DNA of 64,000 nucleotides. Source: Octopus vulgaris (taxonomy: Eukaryota). The translations under genes and the position numbers were made by a program. Where the stretch lies: the NCBI GenBank assembly GCA_951406725.2, contig OX597818.1, positions 44,888,001 to 44,952,000 of the forward strand. The letters run 5' to 3'. The notes under the pieces are model-generated. The model was not told the origin of the DNA. It saw only the letters and a list, made by a program, of their open reading frames with translations, and searched no databases. Positions within the stretch are counted from its first letter, which is position 1. The number at the start of each line of letters is the position of its first letter. Below are positions 39,858 to 53,338 of the stretch, in pieces.

Positions 39858-41760
39858 ATGAAGGTTGTATAGAAAGTTCTGTCCGATTATGATTTTGAAC
39901 CTGATGAAGCCTGTTTTCTAGGTGGAGCTCTATAAAAGCAATAAATATCAGTGGCATTTATTGATACATAATCATTTCATGAAGAATTCCTGACATGAAA
40001 CTGTCCAACCCATGCCACCAGAAAAAAACAAAAAACAAATGTTAAATGATGATTATGATGAATTCCGTACAGTCAAGCAAGGAGGTTATCTGTTACATTA
40101 CCCTTTACAAGTTTCATTTAGTTCTAATACAAGTAAAGCAGCAAAAAAAAAAAATAATGTTCAGAAGGTTTATGGTCAAGGGGAAGAAAATGAAAGAATT
40201 TGCAGGAGGTAGTTTGAGAAGTTCAGACGTGGCAATTTTAAATTGCTTCATGAGCCTAAATCAGAATGTCCTTCTGAATTTAATTACAAATGTTAGAGTC
40301 AAGGAATCTTGCTGTGACAGTGAGAAAGCTTACCACTAAATTTAATGTTAACATTGTAATTATTCTTACTCTTTCTCTTTTACTTGTTTCAGTCATGTGA
40401 CTGTGGCCATGCTGGAGCACCGCCTTTAGTGGAGCAAATCAACTCCAGGACTTACTCTTTGTAAGCCTAGTACTTATTCTATTGGTCTCTTTTGCCGAAC
40501 CGCTAAGTTACGGGGATGTAAACATACCAGCATCGGTTGCCAAGCGATGTTGAGGGAACAAACACAGACACATAAACACATATACGACGGGCTTCTTTCA
40601 GTTTCCATCTACCAAATCCACTCAAAAGGCTTTGGTCGTCCCGGGGCTATAGTAGAAGATACTTGTCCAAGGTGCCATGCAGTGGGACTGAACCCTGAAC
40701 CATGTGGTTCGTAAGCAAGCTACTTACCACACAACCACTCCTACGCCTCTTATAGAGATTTTCTAACTAGCTGCTTTGCTTGTTTATTCGTAATTCTTTG
40801 GAAAAGCTGGCAAAAGTTTCAGAGAAGGGAAAATGAGTTCTTCATGCTCCTTCAGCTTCGAATCAACAACAAGGTTTCAGCTGCTGTGAATTATTCCACA
40901 CTTGTAACATTCAAGTACCACTTTTAAACTGGATTCTGACTGGAAGTGAGAAACGGATTGTTTACAGTAATATTAAGCACTGCAAAGGCAGAAAGCTGGA
41001 AGAATCTTTAGCACACTTGACAGAATGCTTGAAGGCAGAATGCAGACAAAATGCTTCAAGGCGTTTTGTCTGTCTTCACATTTTGAGTGCAAATGCTGCT
41101 AAGGTTGACTTTGTCTTTCATTCGTTTGGGGTCAATAAAATAAGTACCAGCTGAGCACTGAAATTGATGTAATCAACTTACACTCTCCCATGAAATTGCT
41201 GGCCTTGTACAAAAATTTGAAACCAATATTAAGCAGCGCAGAGAGTGGCTAAGCCCCAAGCAAAAACCTGTACCACATCCTTGAGGAGAAATTCACTCAA
41301 ACAGAATTTATGTTTGATTGGTGCCACATCAGACAATCACTTTTGAATTCTAATATCAACAAGTTTATTGTCTAAAGGCTGTAATGGATAGAAAATATCC
41401 TGCCTTAATAAACCACAGGGAAGTTATCTTTCATTAAGATAATACTTGATCACAAAGTGCACAAACCACTAAGTGTTATGGAATCATTCAGATGGAGAGA
41501 AAAAGAACTATATTCTCTTTATTATTCAGAGCTTGATTTATAAGATTTCCAGTTTGCAAAGCAATTTAGAAAGGGAAAATACAGCCAGCAGGGAAAATAT
41601 AGAAAATGAATGAAATAGAAATTTAATTCAAAATCCAAAGAATGTTTCATATCAGGAATTCAATAACTTAAAAACAGATGGTGAGAAGTAATAGAAAATG
41701 AAGGAAATTATACAGATGATTAGATTTATGGTATTAAATGTCATGTTAGTACTTTTAGAT
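39858..41760 (+). mobile_element. Degraded mariner transposon interrupted by SINE A (40365-40748, -), SINE B (40986-41230, +) and an RTE tail stub
   Basis: Fragments SNTSKAAK..ERICRR (HTH), GK*VLHA (WVPHEL-like), LNWILTGSEKRIVYSNIK|QRREWLSP, LINHREVIFH*DN and a YSPDL-like motif. Confidence 0.75.
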
Positions 41761-41970
41761 AGATGTTGTAAATCGGACAAAACTTACTATACAATTATAT
41801 GTATATGTATATATATATAAATATATACACACACATATATATACATATATATATAAATATATACACACACATATATACATATGTATACATATATATATAT
41901 ATATAAATACACACACACACACACATATATATGCATATGTATATATATATATATAAATACACGCACACAT

Positions 41971-42001
<31 letters not shown>

Positions 42002-42032
42002 AATACACACACACACATATATATATATATAC

Positions 42033-42074
<42 letters not shown>

Positions 42075-42232
42075 TACATATATCAAAATAAGCAACAAGG
42101 ATATCCAGAGGTATCCTTGTTGCTTATTTTGATTTTAATCACCTTACTTTGGAATTGTATGGATAATACCGTACTAAATTCTGATGCCTCAGCTTAAGTA
42201 CCATATTCATCTGAATCTAAAATTTTGTTATG

Positions 42233-42263
<31 letters not shown>

Positions 42264-42961
42264 AATACATACAGTATATGTGTATGTATTTGTGTGTATG
42301 ATAAGCAGTGATCATATTTCCTTTTTATCTCACATAAATAAACATAGATCAGACCACACATACTTCCACTAGAAAGTTGAATTGTGCACTTTTAAGTTTC
42401 TGCATCACAGAATAACTAAAACCTATAAACGATTAAGAGGTGACATAGTAGATAGATCTCTTCAATCTCACATGAGACAAGGTTTCTTGTATTTGTGTGT
42501 GTTGATGTTAAAGATGTTTGGTGCACTCAATACATTCTGTAAAGTAGATGGTGAAAGGAAGGGCATTCTGTTGCACAAACCATGCCAAAACCAAGACATA
42601 TGAATGAGATGTGGACTCAGTAATCCATGCTACAGCACAAGCTACCAGGATAGAAGGGCTGTAAGTCTGAAAAGGGACTAATATGGGCTTTGATAAACAT
42701 TGGTGACAGGGAAAGCACCTAGTTGTAGTAAAATCTGCCTGATCAAGTTTCATCAGATCTATGCAGGCATGAAAAAGTGGATGTTAAAACAAACAAAAAA
42801 AATGATGATTATAGTTAGTAATGAGCACTTTTAATATCATACAAAGTAACAAAAGCTGAAATGAAGTTTCATTGTTCAATAGCATTGTATCTAAGTCACT
42901 ATCAGAAAGACTAATACCTCTACAACTACAATAAACTGAAGACTGAGAATCTTTTACAAAC

Positions 42962-43006
42962 CTTGATCCCACCACTATTGGAGGGGATTCTTCATCTTGA
43001 GAGGAG
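42962..43006 (-). CDS. Small symmetric exon (45 nt, phase 2-2); (S)SSQDEESPPIVVGS
   Basis: Acceptor tataatttcag and donor AG|gtttgt. Open in the phase left by 52102-52253, unique sequence. Confidence 0.6.
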
Positions 43007-43113
43007 CTGAAATTATACAGTATGCCACATGCTAAACTACAGTAATAACAAGGGCTGTGTGATAGAACATTTTTTTCCATATATATCAACTCGTGTGTTC
43101 CTTTTCAACATTC

Positions 43114-43866
43114 TACATATATAAATATATAAATTTAAGAGAGAGAATCACCCTCAAGCAACTCAATCATCATTGAATGACCTTATTTATAATATCTACA
43201 TAGGACTAAATATGAAATCTTTGTAAAGAGAAATGTTAACTTATCTGTATGGTAAGTTTCTCTCCATGAATTAAACATGGCTACCAGCAATCGAATAATC
43301 CAACATTGAGAGCTACTTTGTAGGAGAAATAATTCTTATTAACATTTAAAAGTTCTTAAAAGGTATTTTCTATTATTTATAATAATAAAAAATCAGGAGA
43401 AGCCAGAAGTGAGTGTATGATGGGAATAGTCTAATTTTTTTCCCCTGATTAATTTAATTTATTTATATGTTAACTTTGATAAATAATAAATTTCTAGGTT
43501 GGTAAAAGGTAAACTAAATTTGTCTTGTCTTAATATACGATGTAAATAGCAAAATAAGTTCATATAAGATAGACCTGAAGATTGGCAATATAATCGTTTT
43601 AATATGGTATTGTATAGAGACGTTCATTTCAGCAATATTGAGGAATACATTGTCATGAAATGCGTGTAGTCTAGATAATGTAAAGTATATGATTTGTAAT
43701 AAGAATTGAAGGTATTAATTTTGATAATTTGGAATAAGAATTGGAGGTATTAATTTTGATAATTTTCATATTTAGTCCTATGTAGATATTGTGGATAATG
43801 TCATTCAATGATGATTGAGTTGCTTGAAGGTGATTCTCTCTCTTAAATTTATCTATTTATATGTAT
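43114..43866. mobile_element. Element with about 100-bp inverted terminal arms and an internal hammerhead-like motif (Penelope-like)
   Basis: 43114-43217 is the near-perfect reverse complement of 43764-43866. Confidence 0.65.
43570..43673 (+). ncRNA. Putative type I hammerhead ribozyme with a long stem II insert
   Basis: tagac-CTGAAGA-t-tggcaat...attgtca-t-GAAA-tgcgt-GTA-gtcta. Stem I tagac/gtcta and stem II tggcaat/attgtca pair. Confidence 0.55.
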
Positions 43867-43950
43867 ATAATACAGTGAGTAATTCATTTTAGTACCACTA
43901 ATTTGAACTTCTCTCCCCTGTGGACTCGAAAATAACTTCCCTAATATTAA

Positions 43951-43989
<39 letters not shown>

Positions 43990-44167
43990 CAAACACATAT
44001 ATACAAGGTATGTGCTTTATAAGTTCATGGGTAGGCTGTGCTTATAGGTGAAAGAATATTTACTCTTATGCCTATAAGCCCAACCTACTCATGAACTACC
44101 AAAACACATACCTTATGTGTGTATATTCCATATTGTTTATATCCTTCAAGCTGCTTCTAACTCATAT

Positions 44168-44203
<36 letters not shown>

Positions 44204-45132
44204 ACTGCATAAAATTGCTTCAAAGATCTACTACACACATCCAATCTACCCTTTCCCCAATAACCAGCTTGTCAATCCTGCTCACTAAGAGCATCATATC
44301 GCTTTGCACCATGATATATAGAACAAAATGCTTATAGTATTTAGAGAAATTAGATTGGAAGCATAGCAACACTTTTAAAGACAAATTAACCAACATATAA
44401 AATAATTAAGATTATGAGACAGAGAGAACTGTACCTCTCTGTCCCAATTCACTTAAAAACTAAGAGGATATGTACACACTTCTGTAATCAGGATTTCCAA
44501 GACAAAGGCATCCCATAAAGTAATATGGAAGGAAATTATAATCTATGCTTGACTGAGATGTAACAGAATCTGGAAATAGAGAGCCCAGGAGATGCACAAC
44601 ACCCAAGAACATATATCAAAATGGGTGATGTAGCTTCAAGAGCCAGAAATTAAACCATAAATACTTCACTGAAGTTTACAAAAAACATATTATCATCAAA
44701 CATTATAATCAACCCATACATAGTATTAAATATCCATAATATTGATAAATGTAAAATCACTGGATTTACATTTCATTTCAATGACTTTTTCACCTCATGA
44801 AAATTACTATGAAATCTGCAATGAAGAAAAATACCTCATCCTCATCAAAACAACTGATATCTAAAATAAGAGATCAGAACAAATTTCTAATGCTGTCACA
44901 AGAAAAATTTTATTTTCCAAATTAAGGAAGAGCTACCAAATGAAGTTAAGAGCAGTATCTTGTTATGGAAATCAAAGTAGAAGTCAGCAAAAATGATAAC
45001 AAAATTTATAAACGCTGACTATTACAGGAGACAAGAACATGAAATTTGGATCGACAGAAAGCTGTAATCTAGAATTATAAACCTGTAAATACATACATAT
45101 TACATACATACATACATATCTCTCTATATATA

Positions 45133-45550
45133 TCATCATCATCATCATCATCATTGTTTAACGTCTGTTTTCCATACTGGCATGGGTTGGATGGTTTGAC
45201 TGAGGTCTGGAGAGCCAGTGGCTGCACCAGGCTACAATCTGATCTGGTAATGTATCTACAGCTGGATGCCCTTCCTAATGCCAACCACTCTGAGAGTGTA
45301 GTGGGTGCTTTTTATGTACCACCAGCATAGGAGCCAGTCAGGGGGCACTGGTATTGGCCAGGTTCGGATGGTGCATTTTATGTTCCACCAGCACAGGAGC
45401 CAGTCAGACAGCCCTGGCATTGATCACATTTGGATAGTGCCTTTGACATACCACCAGCATGGGAGCTAGTCAGGGAGCACTGGCATCGGCCATGTTTGGA
45501 TGGTGCTTTCTACATGCCACCAGCACGAGAGCCAATCAGCCGGACCTGGC
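45133..45550 (-). mobile_element. RTE-type LINE 3' UTR with internal tandem units of about 60 bp
   Basis: (CAT)n tail and four ccaccagca-ggagccagtcag units. Confidence 0.8.
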
Positions 45551-47650
45551 ATATATATATAAATGTTATATTTTTTTAATTATAATTACAACTATATATA
45601 TATATATTTATTTATATATATATATATCACATGTTTTGACCAGACTATTCAATGTTGTTATTCACCACTGGTCACAGTGTGCTTCCAATTCTTCCTTATT
45701 TGTGTCCTTTTCCAGCCAGGCTCAAATTGTTTAACTAAAATGTCTCCCAATCATAGGCTTGCATTGTTGATAAGGTCTGATAATGCTGAAACATGTTCAT
45801 AGCTTTGAACTCACCTGCTTACAACTGTCAGATTTTCCCCCTAAAAAATGGAAACTCAAATTCTGTGAAGCTGATTTTTAATTTCTTGTAATTGGCAAGT
45901 AAAAAGCACCATTTCAGTATGGTCGATGCCAGTGCTGCCTGACTGGTTCCCATGCTGATGGCACATAAAAAGTACCCATTACACTCTCAGAGTGGTTGGC
46001 ATTCAGCTATAGTAACCTTGCCAGATTAGATTAGAGTATGGTGCAGCCTCCTGGCTTGCCAGCCCTCAGTCAAACCATCTAACCCATGCCAGCATGGAAA
46101 GTGGATGTTAAACGATGACGATGATGATGATGATTCTTCAATTTTCTGCGTGAGATACTAACAATTACAGCTAAATTTTTATTTCATTTCTACAACTCAA
46201 AGGCAAGTTTCAGCTCATCAAAAATTTGTTTGTGTACATCATCAGCTGCCCAAATCATTCAAATTCACTCTGCTGTCTTTCTTAGGTTATTTCCCTTAGC
46301 TCTGTTTTTGTAATTATGCAAATTGTATTGGCCAAAAATATTCAAAACTCATTTCCTACTTGCAAAATCTTGTACAGATGATTTAATCTGACATCATAGA
46401 CAGTACAACATGTCTGTAACTGTCATTTTGTCTGCTAACATAGATCAGATGTTTTTCTTTGGGCATGAAAATTCAATTGGCAGTGATAATAATTCTAAGT
46501 ATTTAGAAATTTTTCCTCTCTTATTTTTAAGAAACTGAAACAGTTACTGCTAAGTTTTTGCTTGCTTTCTCCAAGTAAGAGCCAAATTCAAATTCATTTA
46601 GAAGTATTTTGCATTTACCCTTAATTGTATAGGTGCCAGCTGGGTTAACAGAGCAAGGGAGTCTGATGTTGAGAGATGCCAAACCTTTTAAGACCTCCAG
46701 AAACATTACTGATGATACAAGCCAGTGCATCTGGACACAGACTACCAATATTCTTAAGTGGAATACTGAAAAATTCAAAATGTTTTCACATGATACCATT
46801 GGTGTCTTTTTTCACTTGACTTATATGTCTGCTCTCTGCCCCTCTTTTAAACTTTTCTGACAAGTTGAATTGCATTGAGCATTATACATATTAAAAGTTC
46901 ATGATATTATATATAGCATATATATATATGTCAGTATATATATAGTCTACAAGTTGAGAATGTCTTTGTGCTAATACTTCTAATTTTATGTATCCACTTC
47001 AGTATCGAAAATTTATCATAATGACCGAAGAAATTACCCAGAAATGCTATCCGCAAATATAGAAGTTGTGATACTACAATGAATGTAATTATATCAATTT
47101 TAACTTTTTCTTTCGGATGCAGACAAGTTTCTGAAGTTTTCTGTGTTGCATTACTCTTCTGAAAAGAATCTCAAATAACTAATGTCACCAAATATATTTA
47201 GAAGTCATCTCCAACAATTTTAACTAAAACTTTAAATTGTGCAAAAATCGAAACTGTACTTTTGCTGTAATTTAATTTCCAGAAATACATTGAATATTTT
47301 GTTATGTTTTGAGGGCAAATTTGACATTGACGAGTCTGCACACCGAAATAAGAATAAAGTATGGAATTTTATTGATTTCTTTCTTTTGTATGTTTGGCAG
47401 TTGTTAGTGCCGAATGTTTCATTAGTTACAAGGAGCTATAGATAGAATGACTTAATAGTTTATACACATAATGAGATGTTTGTGAAACCAGTAAGCTAAA
47501 TTCTTTGTTGTTGTCTTTGGGTCTGGCATGTTTGAGTAAACTTATGAGTCAAAAGTGTTCCATCCATGACTAGCTTGCCTTTTCATATGTCAAGGAATAC
47601 ATTGTTCAATGTATCCTTCCTTTGCTGAATATGCACGGTATTGTTGCTAG

Positions 47651-48500
47651 TGGCAGTGAGCTGGCAGAAACGTTAGCATGCCGGGTGAAATGCATAGCCG
47701 TATTTCGCCTGCCATTACGTTCTCAGTTCAAATTCCGCTGAGGTCAACTTTGCCTTTCATCCTTTCGGGGTCGATAAACTAAGTACCAGTTACACACTGA
47801 GGTCGATGTAATCGACTTAATCCATTAATCGGTCCTTGTTTATCCCCTCTATGTTTAGCCCCTTGTGGGTAGTAAAGAAATAGGTATTATTGACAGTGTT
47901 TCCTACAACAAACTTTCAACCATCCCTAAAATAAAGTCATAGACTTTTAGACAGGGTGGTCACTATAGAGGTAAATAACCATGACAAGATTGGTTAAGTC
48001 ACACAAAATTAACTGTTGCTGGCTATCAATTACATAATACAGTAATACAGGACAGGGTGGCGAGCTGGCAGAATTGTTAGCACGCCGAGCAAAATGCTTA
48101 GTGGTATTTCGTCTGCCGTTATGTTCTGAGTTCAAATTCTGCTGAGGTCGACTTGGCCTCTCATCCTTTCGGGGTCGATTAAACATGTACCAGTTACGCA
48201 CTGGAGTCGATGTAATCGACTTAATCCCTTTGTCTGTCCTTGTTTGTCCCCTCTATGTGTAGCCCCTTGTGGGCAATAAAGAAATGAGAAATGTTAGCAT
48301 GCTGAGCAAAATGCTTAGTGGTATTTCGTCTGCCGTTACGTTCTGAGTTCAAATTCTGCTGAGGTCAACTTGGCCTCTCATCTTTTTGGGGTTGATTAAA
48401 CAAGTACCAGTTACGCACTGGGGTCGACGTAATCGACTTAATCCCTTTGTCTGTCCTTGTTTGACCCCTCTATGTTTAGCCTCATGTGGGCAATAAAAAA
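47651..48500 (+). mobile_element. SINE family B: monomer (47651-47885) and tandem dimer (48055-48500)
   Basis: Near-consensus copies with a gccccttgtgggcaataaagaaat tail. Confidence 0.85.
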
Positions 48501-50691
48501 AAATAATTACATAGTACAATTTTTGAGGTGGTGAAGCATGATCTTCGAATGTTAGGTTGCATCAAGAGGTGATGACAAGTGATCAAGACCTTTGGTGATC
48601 TGCTGTGCCTGAGAAGATACATCAAGCCAAGTGAAATCATAGTCATGGCAAGCACTGGTGACACATGAAAATGGACCCACAACACTCTTGGAGTGGTTGG
48701 TGTTAGGAAGGGCATTCAGTTGTAGAAACCAAACAAAATCAGACTGGAACCTAGTACAGCTCCCTGACTTACCACTTCCAGTTAAACCATCTAACTCTTG
48801 CCAGCATGGAAAACAGATCCCAAATGATGATGATGATGATGATATATGTAATTGTATTTCCCTGACTGTGTTGGAAAACTAAAAAGCATTCATTTAATTT
48901 CTTAATTGTGGCATTTTTCTCACATTTAAACATTATTATTTTTCTACTGTTCAATGCAGGGAGCTGGCTGAATCATTGGTGTACCTGACAAAGCACATAA
49001 TGGCATTTCCCTTTTAGCGTATGTGTTCCCCAGCTGGATGGGATGCAAGTTCAAATGCCACTGTGTTGACTTACCCTATCAACCTTTCAGGGGTCAATAA
49101 AATAGAGTACCATTAAAGTACTGTCATCAATTTCCTCCTACTCCTAGAATTGCTGGCCTTGTGCAAAATTTGAAACAATTATTTTCCTACTAATGAAGTT
49201 GAAGAAAAGTCCCAAGATACATTCAGGATTTGTATAATATATTAACTTTTTAGCATTCAGATTACTCTCTCATATGTAATGCTTATTTAATTATATTATC
49301 TTGAATTAGTAAAGAATATTTGCCAACATAATGTGGCAGTCCTAGTTGGAACGAATGTTACTGTTACTAAGCCCCAGGAAACATCGTCTCCAGCTGGCTA
49401 TATGACACACAATCTGTGTACTTTAGAATACTGTTCTTGAATGTCTCTCATTGAGAGATTTAGAAATAATAATTTTTCTATTTGTTAGATCAGTAATTGT
49501 GTGTCACTTAGAAATTTTTATATATTTTTGAATGGGAATTTCCTATGCCGAGGAAGGGAAATTACCCAGAAATGACAGTCCACAGATATTGTTCTGTGCT
49601 GAGTTGGGGGTGCTAAATTCCCCTGTCTGAAAATATAAGGACATAGATTATGTGTCATATAGCCAGCTCGAGACAATGTTTCCTGGGTTATATAACAGGA
49701 ACATTCATCCCAATTGGGACTGCCACAGTATGTTGGCAAATAATCTTTATTTTAGAGTAATGTTACTGAATGTCTCTTGTTATTAATCGTGGATGATTTC
49801 ATAACATCAAAATTTTAACAAAGTGACTGTTTATCTTTAGAATGACATTGTACATTAGGTTTAAAAAGCAGGATCTAGCTGGTTTGAAAATAAAACAGGT
49901 AGAATATTTGGGTCAGATATAGTTAGTTTAAAAACAAAAGGGTTAAAAAATATTTTGATTATACAAAGAAATAAATGTGGTTCTTCAAAATGATGGTAAA
50001 GGCAGAAAATATTATTTCTTACTTTGTATAAAATAAGAATTACATACACCACTATGTATGCATATATAAAAATATATCATTCTATAATGTCATTATCTGA
50101 TATCACGATTTGAATGAGTGTGTCTGTTTGAAATGTTTAATTTCTTAGATATCAACCTGGAGGCTGTTTAGATAATAAGATATTTAGAAGAAATCAATCC
50201 AATGTTATAACATCTGAAGAAATTTTCCTACATGACCTTTGTAAATATCCAATTTCTATTGATATTGGCATGACAAACTTGACCATTGTTAACTTAAACT
50301 TTTCAGTAAACAAATTTTGACATGATTATTTCTGTGAAGAATATCATGTAAAATAAAAGAAAAAAAAAGAGAAAAATGCAATATTTCTCTGCAAAATAAA
50401 TGCATCATTCAAGAAGGAGAAAATATATGAAAGCATTCAAAGTGAATAGATTTGACATATTGCATTTTTTTCTCTTCTTTTCTTATTTGTCTATATGAAA
50501 GTTTGAGTCTTAAGTCTTTAGGTAAATTTTATACAGAAAATAAAATTTTTATGCAGACATATTTTCATACATCAGCCCACACACATACACACACATACAC
50601 ACACACGCACACACACACACACACATACACACACACACCAGATCACATATACATACATAAACATATGGTGCAGGTATGGCAATATGTTTAA

Positions 50692-50899
50692 CCCTTTCAT
50701 TACCAGCCAGGTCAAAACCAGCTCTGACACTGTAGTACAAGTGTCTTGTTTTTATAAGATTTTCATTAAAATCTTCCAGCAATTTATGTTCCTAACACTA
50801 GCTTAATAATAATTAAATTATTTTACTAAATTCTTTGTTATATTAAAAATAATTGAAAGAAACACAGATCATCTCAAAATAAATACAGTAACGAAAGGG
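50692..50899. mobile_element. piggyBac-type MITE
   Basis: TTAA|ccctttcattac ... gtaacgaaaggg|TTAA. Confidence 0.8.
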
Positions 50900-51659
50900 T
50901 TAAGAAGTTCACAGAGTAATCATGTTGTTCTAGGTTCAATCCTACAGCAAAGTGCTTTGGGCAAGTGTCTTCTACTATAACTGTGGATTGACAAACGTCT
51001 GTGCCCTTATGATATTTGCAAAGGGAGGTCATGTTTAGCTTTCAAAATTATTTCAAATATACAAATAAATAAATCAAATATTTTGGGGGTCTTTTTGTAT
51101 TCAGTATTGGTTTAATGCTAAAATAAAGCTGAAATAGAAAAGAAAAACTGCATTTACTTGCATTTAAGTTGCACTATTTCATATTTAGTTTCAACTGAAA
51201 AAAACTGGGGTGTAACTTATACAAGGAGCAAGCTAAAAACTATGAAGGGAAAACGAATTAGTAACAAGATTTAACACTAGATTAAGGTCTTATACACGAG
51301 TGTGACCTACACATGAGTAAATATGGTATATTTCTCATATAATCAGTTCAGTGATGTTTCTGTAAAACCAACACTTCAATGAAAATTGATTTTACAATGA
51401 TGTCTGGTAGAAATACAAGACAAGTAAGCAGATAAACTGCTTTGAAATGATTTTAATTGGAAAAAAAAAAAAGAATTTTTTAATATTCTTTGGAATCAAT
51501 CATGTACAATAATAAAATGATAAGACAATAAGTGGGTTATTAATGAAGATATTAATCAAATTTTATAAAGAAAATGTCGACATATAAACTGTAAAAGTAT
51601 GAATAAAATTTAGAAAATGAATGCCTCTGTTAACATATATGTATATGCATATATGCATC

Positions 51660-51970
<311 letters not shown>

Positions 51971-52101
51971 TATATAAAATGACAAAGCAACAATAGACAG
52001 GTTATTAAGGATGATATTAATCATACATTAAGAGGAAAATATCAACATATCACCTGTAGAAATATGAATAAAAAATTTTTTTCGAAATGAATGTTTGTTA
52101 C

Positions 52102-52253
52102 CTTTGACACATATTGACTAGAGTCTGTGTTACATCCTGATTCTGTTTGATATACGATGTCAATTCAGAAGCTTCTTTCTGAACAGCTTGGCGTCTACTT
52201 CTAATAGTACTTTCTGTGTGTCTATCAATGATGAGTTGATCTCGAACTGATTC
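52102..52253 (-). CDS. Exon (152 nt, phase 0-2) of the same gene; coiled coil ESVRDQLIIDRHTESTIRSRRQAVQKEASELTSYIKQNQDVTQTLVNMCQ
   Basis: Acceptor tttaccaacag and donor AG|gtaaca. In frame with the previous exon, heptad-like sequence. Confidence 0.9.
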
Positions 52254-53338
52254 CTGTTGGTAAATACAAAAGAGATAACAGAACATGAAAACTTTAAATT
52301 TTGTGCAAGTACTTTCTTTAAAAAAAGTACTTAACAATTACTTTAAAAAAATTACATCTATAGTTTCTATTGTGGTGCAAAACTTCAATCCATAAATATT
52401 AACCAAAGAATATGTGTGTATGTGTGTGTGCATGTGTGTGCACATGTGTGTTTGTGTGAGTATTAAGAAAGGAAGAGATATGGGAGGGAAAAGTTTTAAC
52501 AAATGTATTAGTTTAATGCTTAAAATAAGAAGAGAAAAAGTCTTGACATTTCAGACACTAGTCCTTCAGAAGAAAGATAGAAATAGAAAAAAAAAAAGGA
52601 GAAAGAGAAATATATTTATTAGATCAGTGACTGTGTGTTACTTTGTAAATTATATATATTTTCAAACAGGGGTTTAGCAGTGCCATCTTAGTCGAGCAGT
52701 TATTCTGTGCCAAGGAAGAGAAATAGCCCAGAAACCGTGGTCCACAGATATTGCTGTGTGCTGATTGGGAGTGCTAAACTCCTCTGTTTGAAAATATAAG
52801 GATACAGATTGTGTGTCGTATAGCCAGCTAGAGACGATGTTTCCTGGGGCTAAATATCAGTTGCATTCATCTCAACCAGGACTGCCACATCATGTTGGCA
52901 AATAATCTTTACTTTAAAAAAAAAGAGAATGAAAGAAAAAATATAGATGAATAGGAAAGAAAAAAACAGGAGTTAGGTTCTAGGTGGGAATGCAGGTCTA
53001 TGAGTGGGAGGGTGGAGTTAGAGGAGGAAGAGAGTTAGGGTGGTTTCTGCATATATAGGAGAGTGTCCAGGTACAGAGAAAGGTGCAGGGAAAGCAAGAG
53101 AAATGTGATAGTTAAGAAAAAATACTGATGAAAATATATACAAATAGTAATAACAATAACAGGCAAAATGCACACATTATATGAGCCTGTCCAATTACTG
53201 CACTATCTGACCATGAAACTTGAAGTAGCTCACATATAACTCTCATATTCATTAAATTTATAAATATGATATATTTGGCTGGCACCTTCTATTCTTGTTT
53301 GCACATAAAGAAAGAAATCAATTTATATATACAAGTTC

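Noticed and set aside
39387-39957. Long HT/CV-repeat ORFs (also YI repeats at 33675-34090, 41755-42132 and 51617-51996)
   Set aside because: Translations of micro- and minisatellites.
50149-50320. Plus-strand acceptor followed by about 56 open codons
   Set aside because: Isolated and without recognisable homology; compatible with chance.
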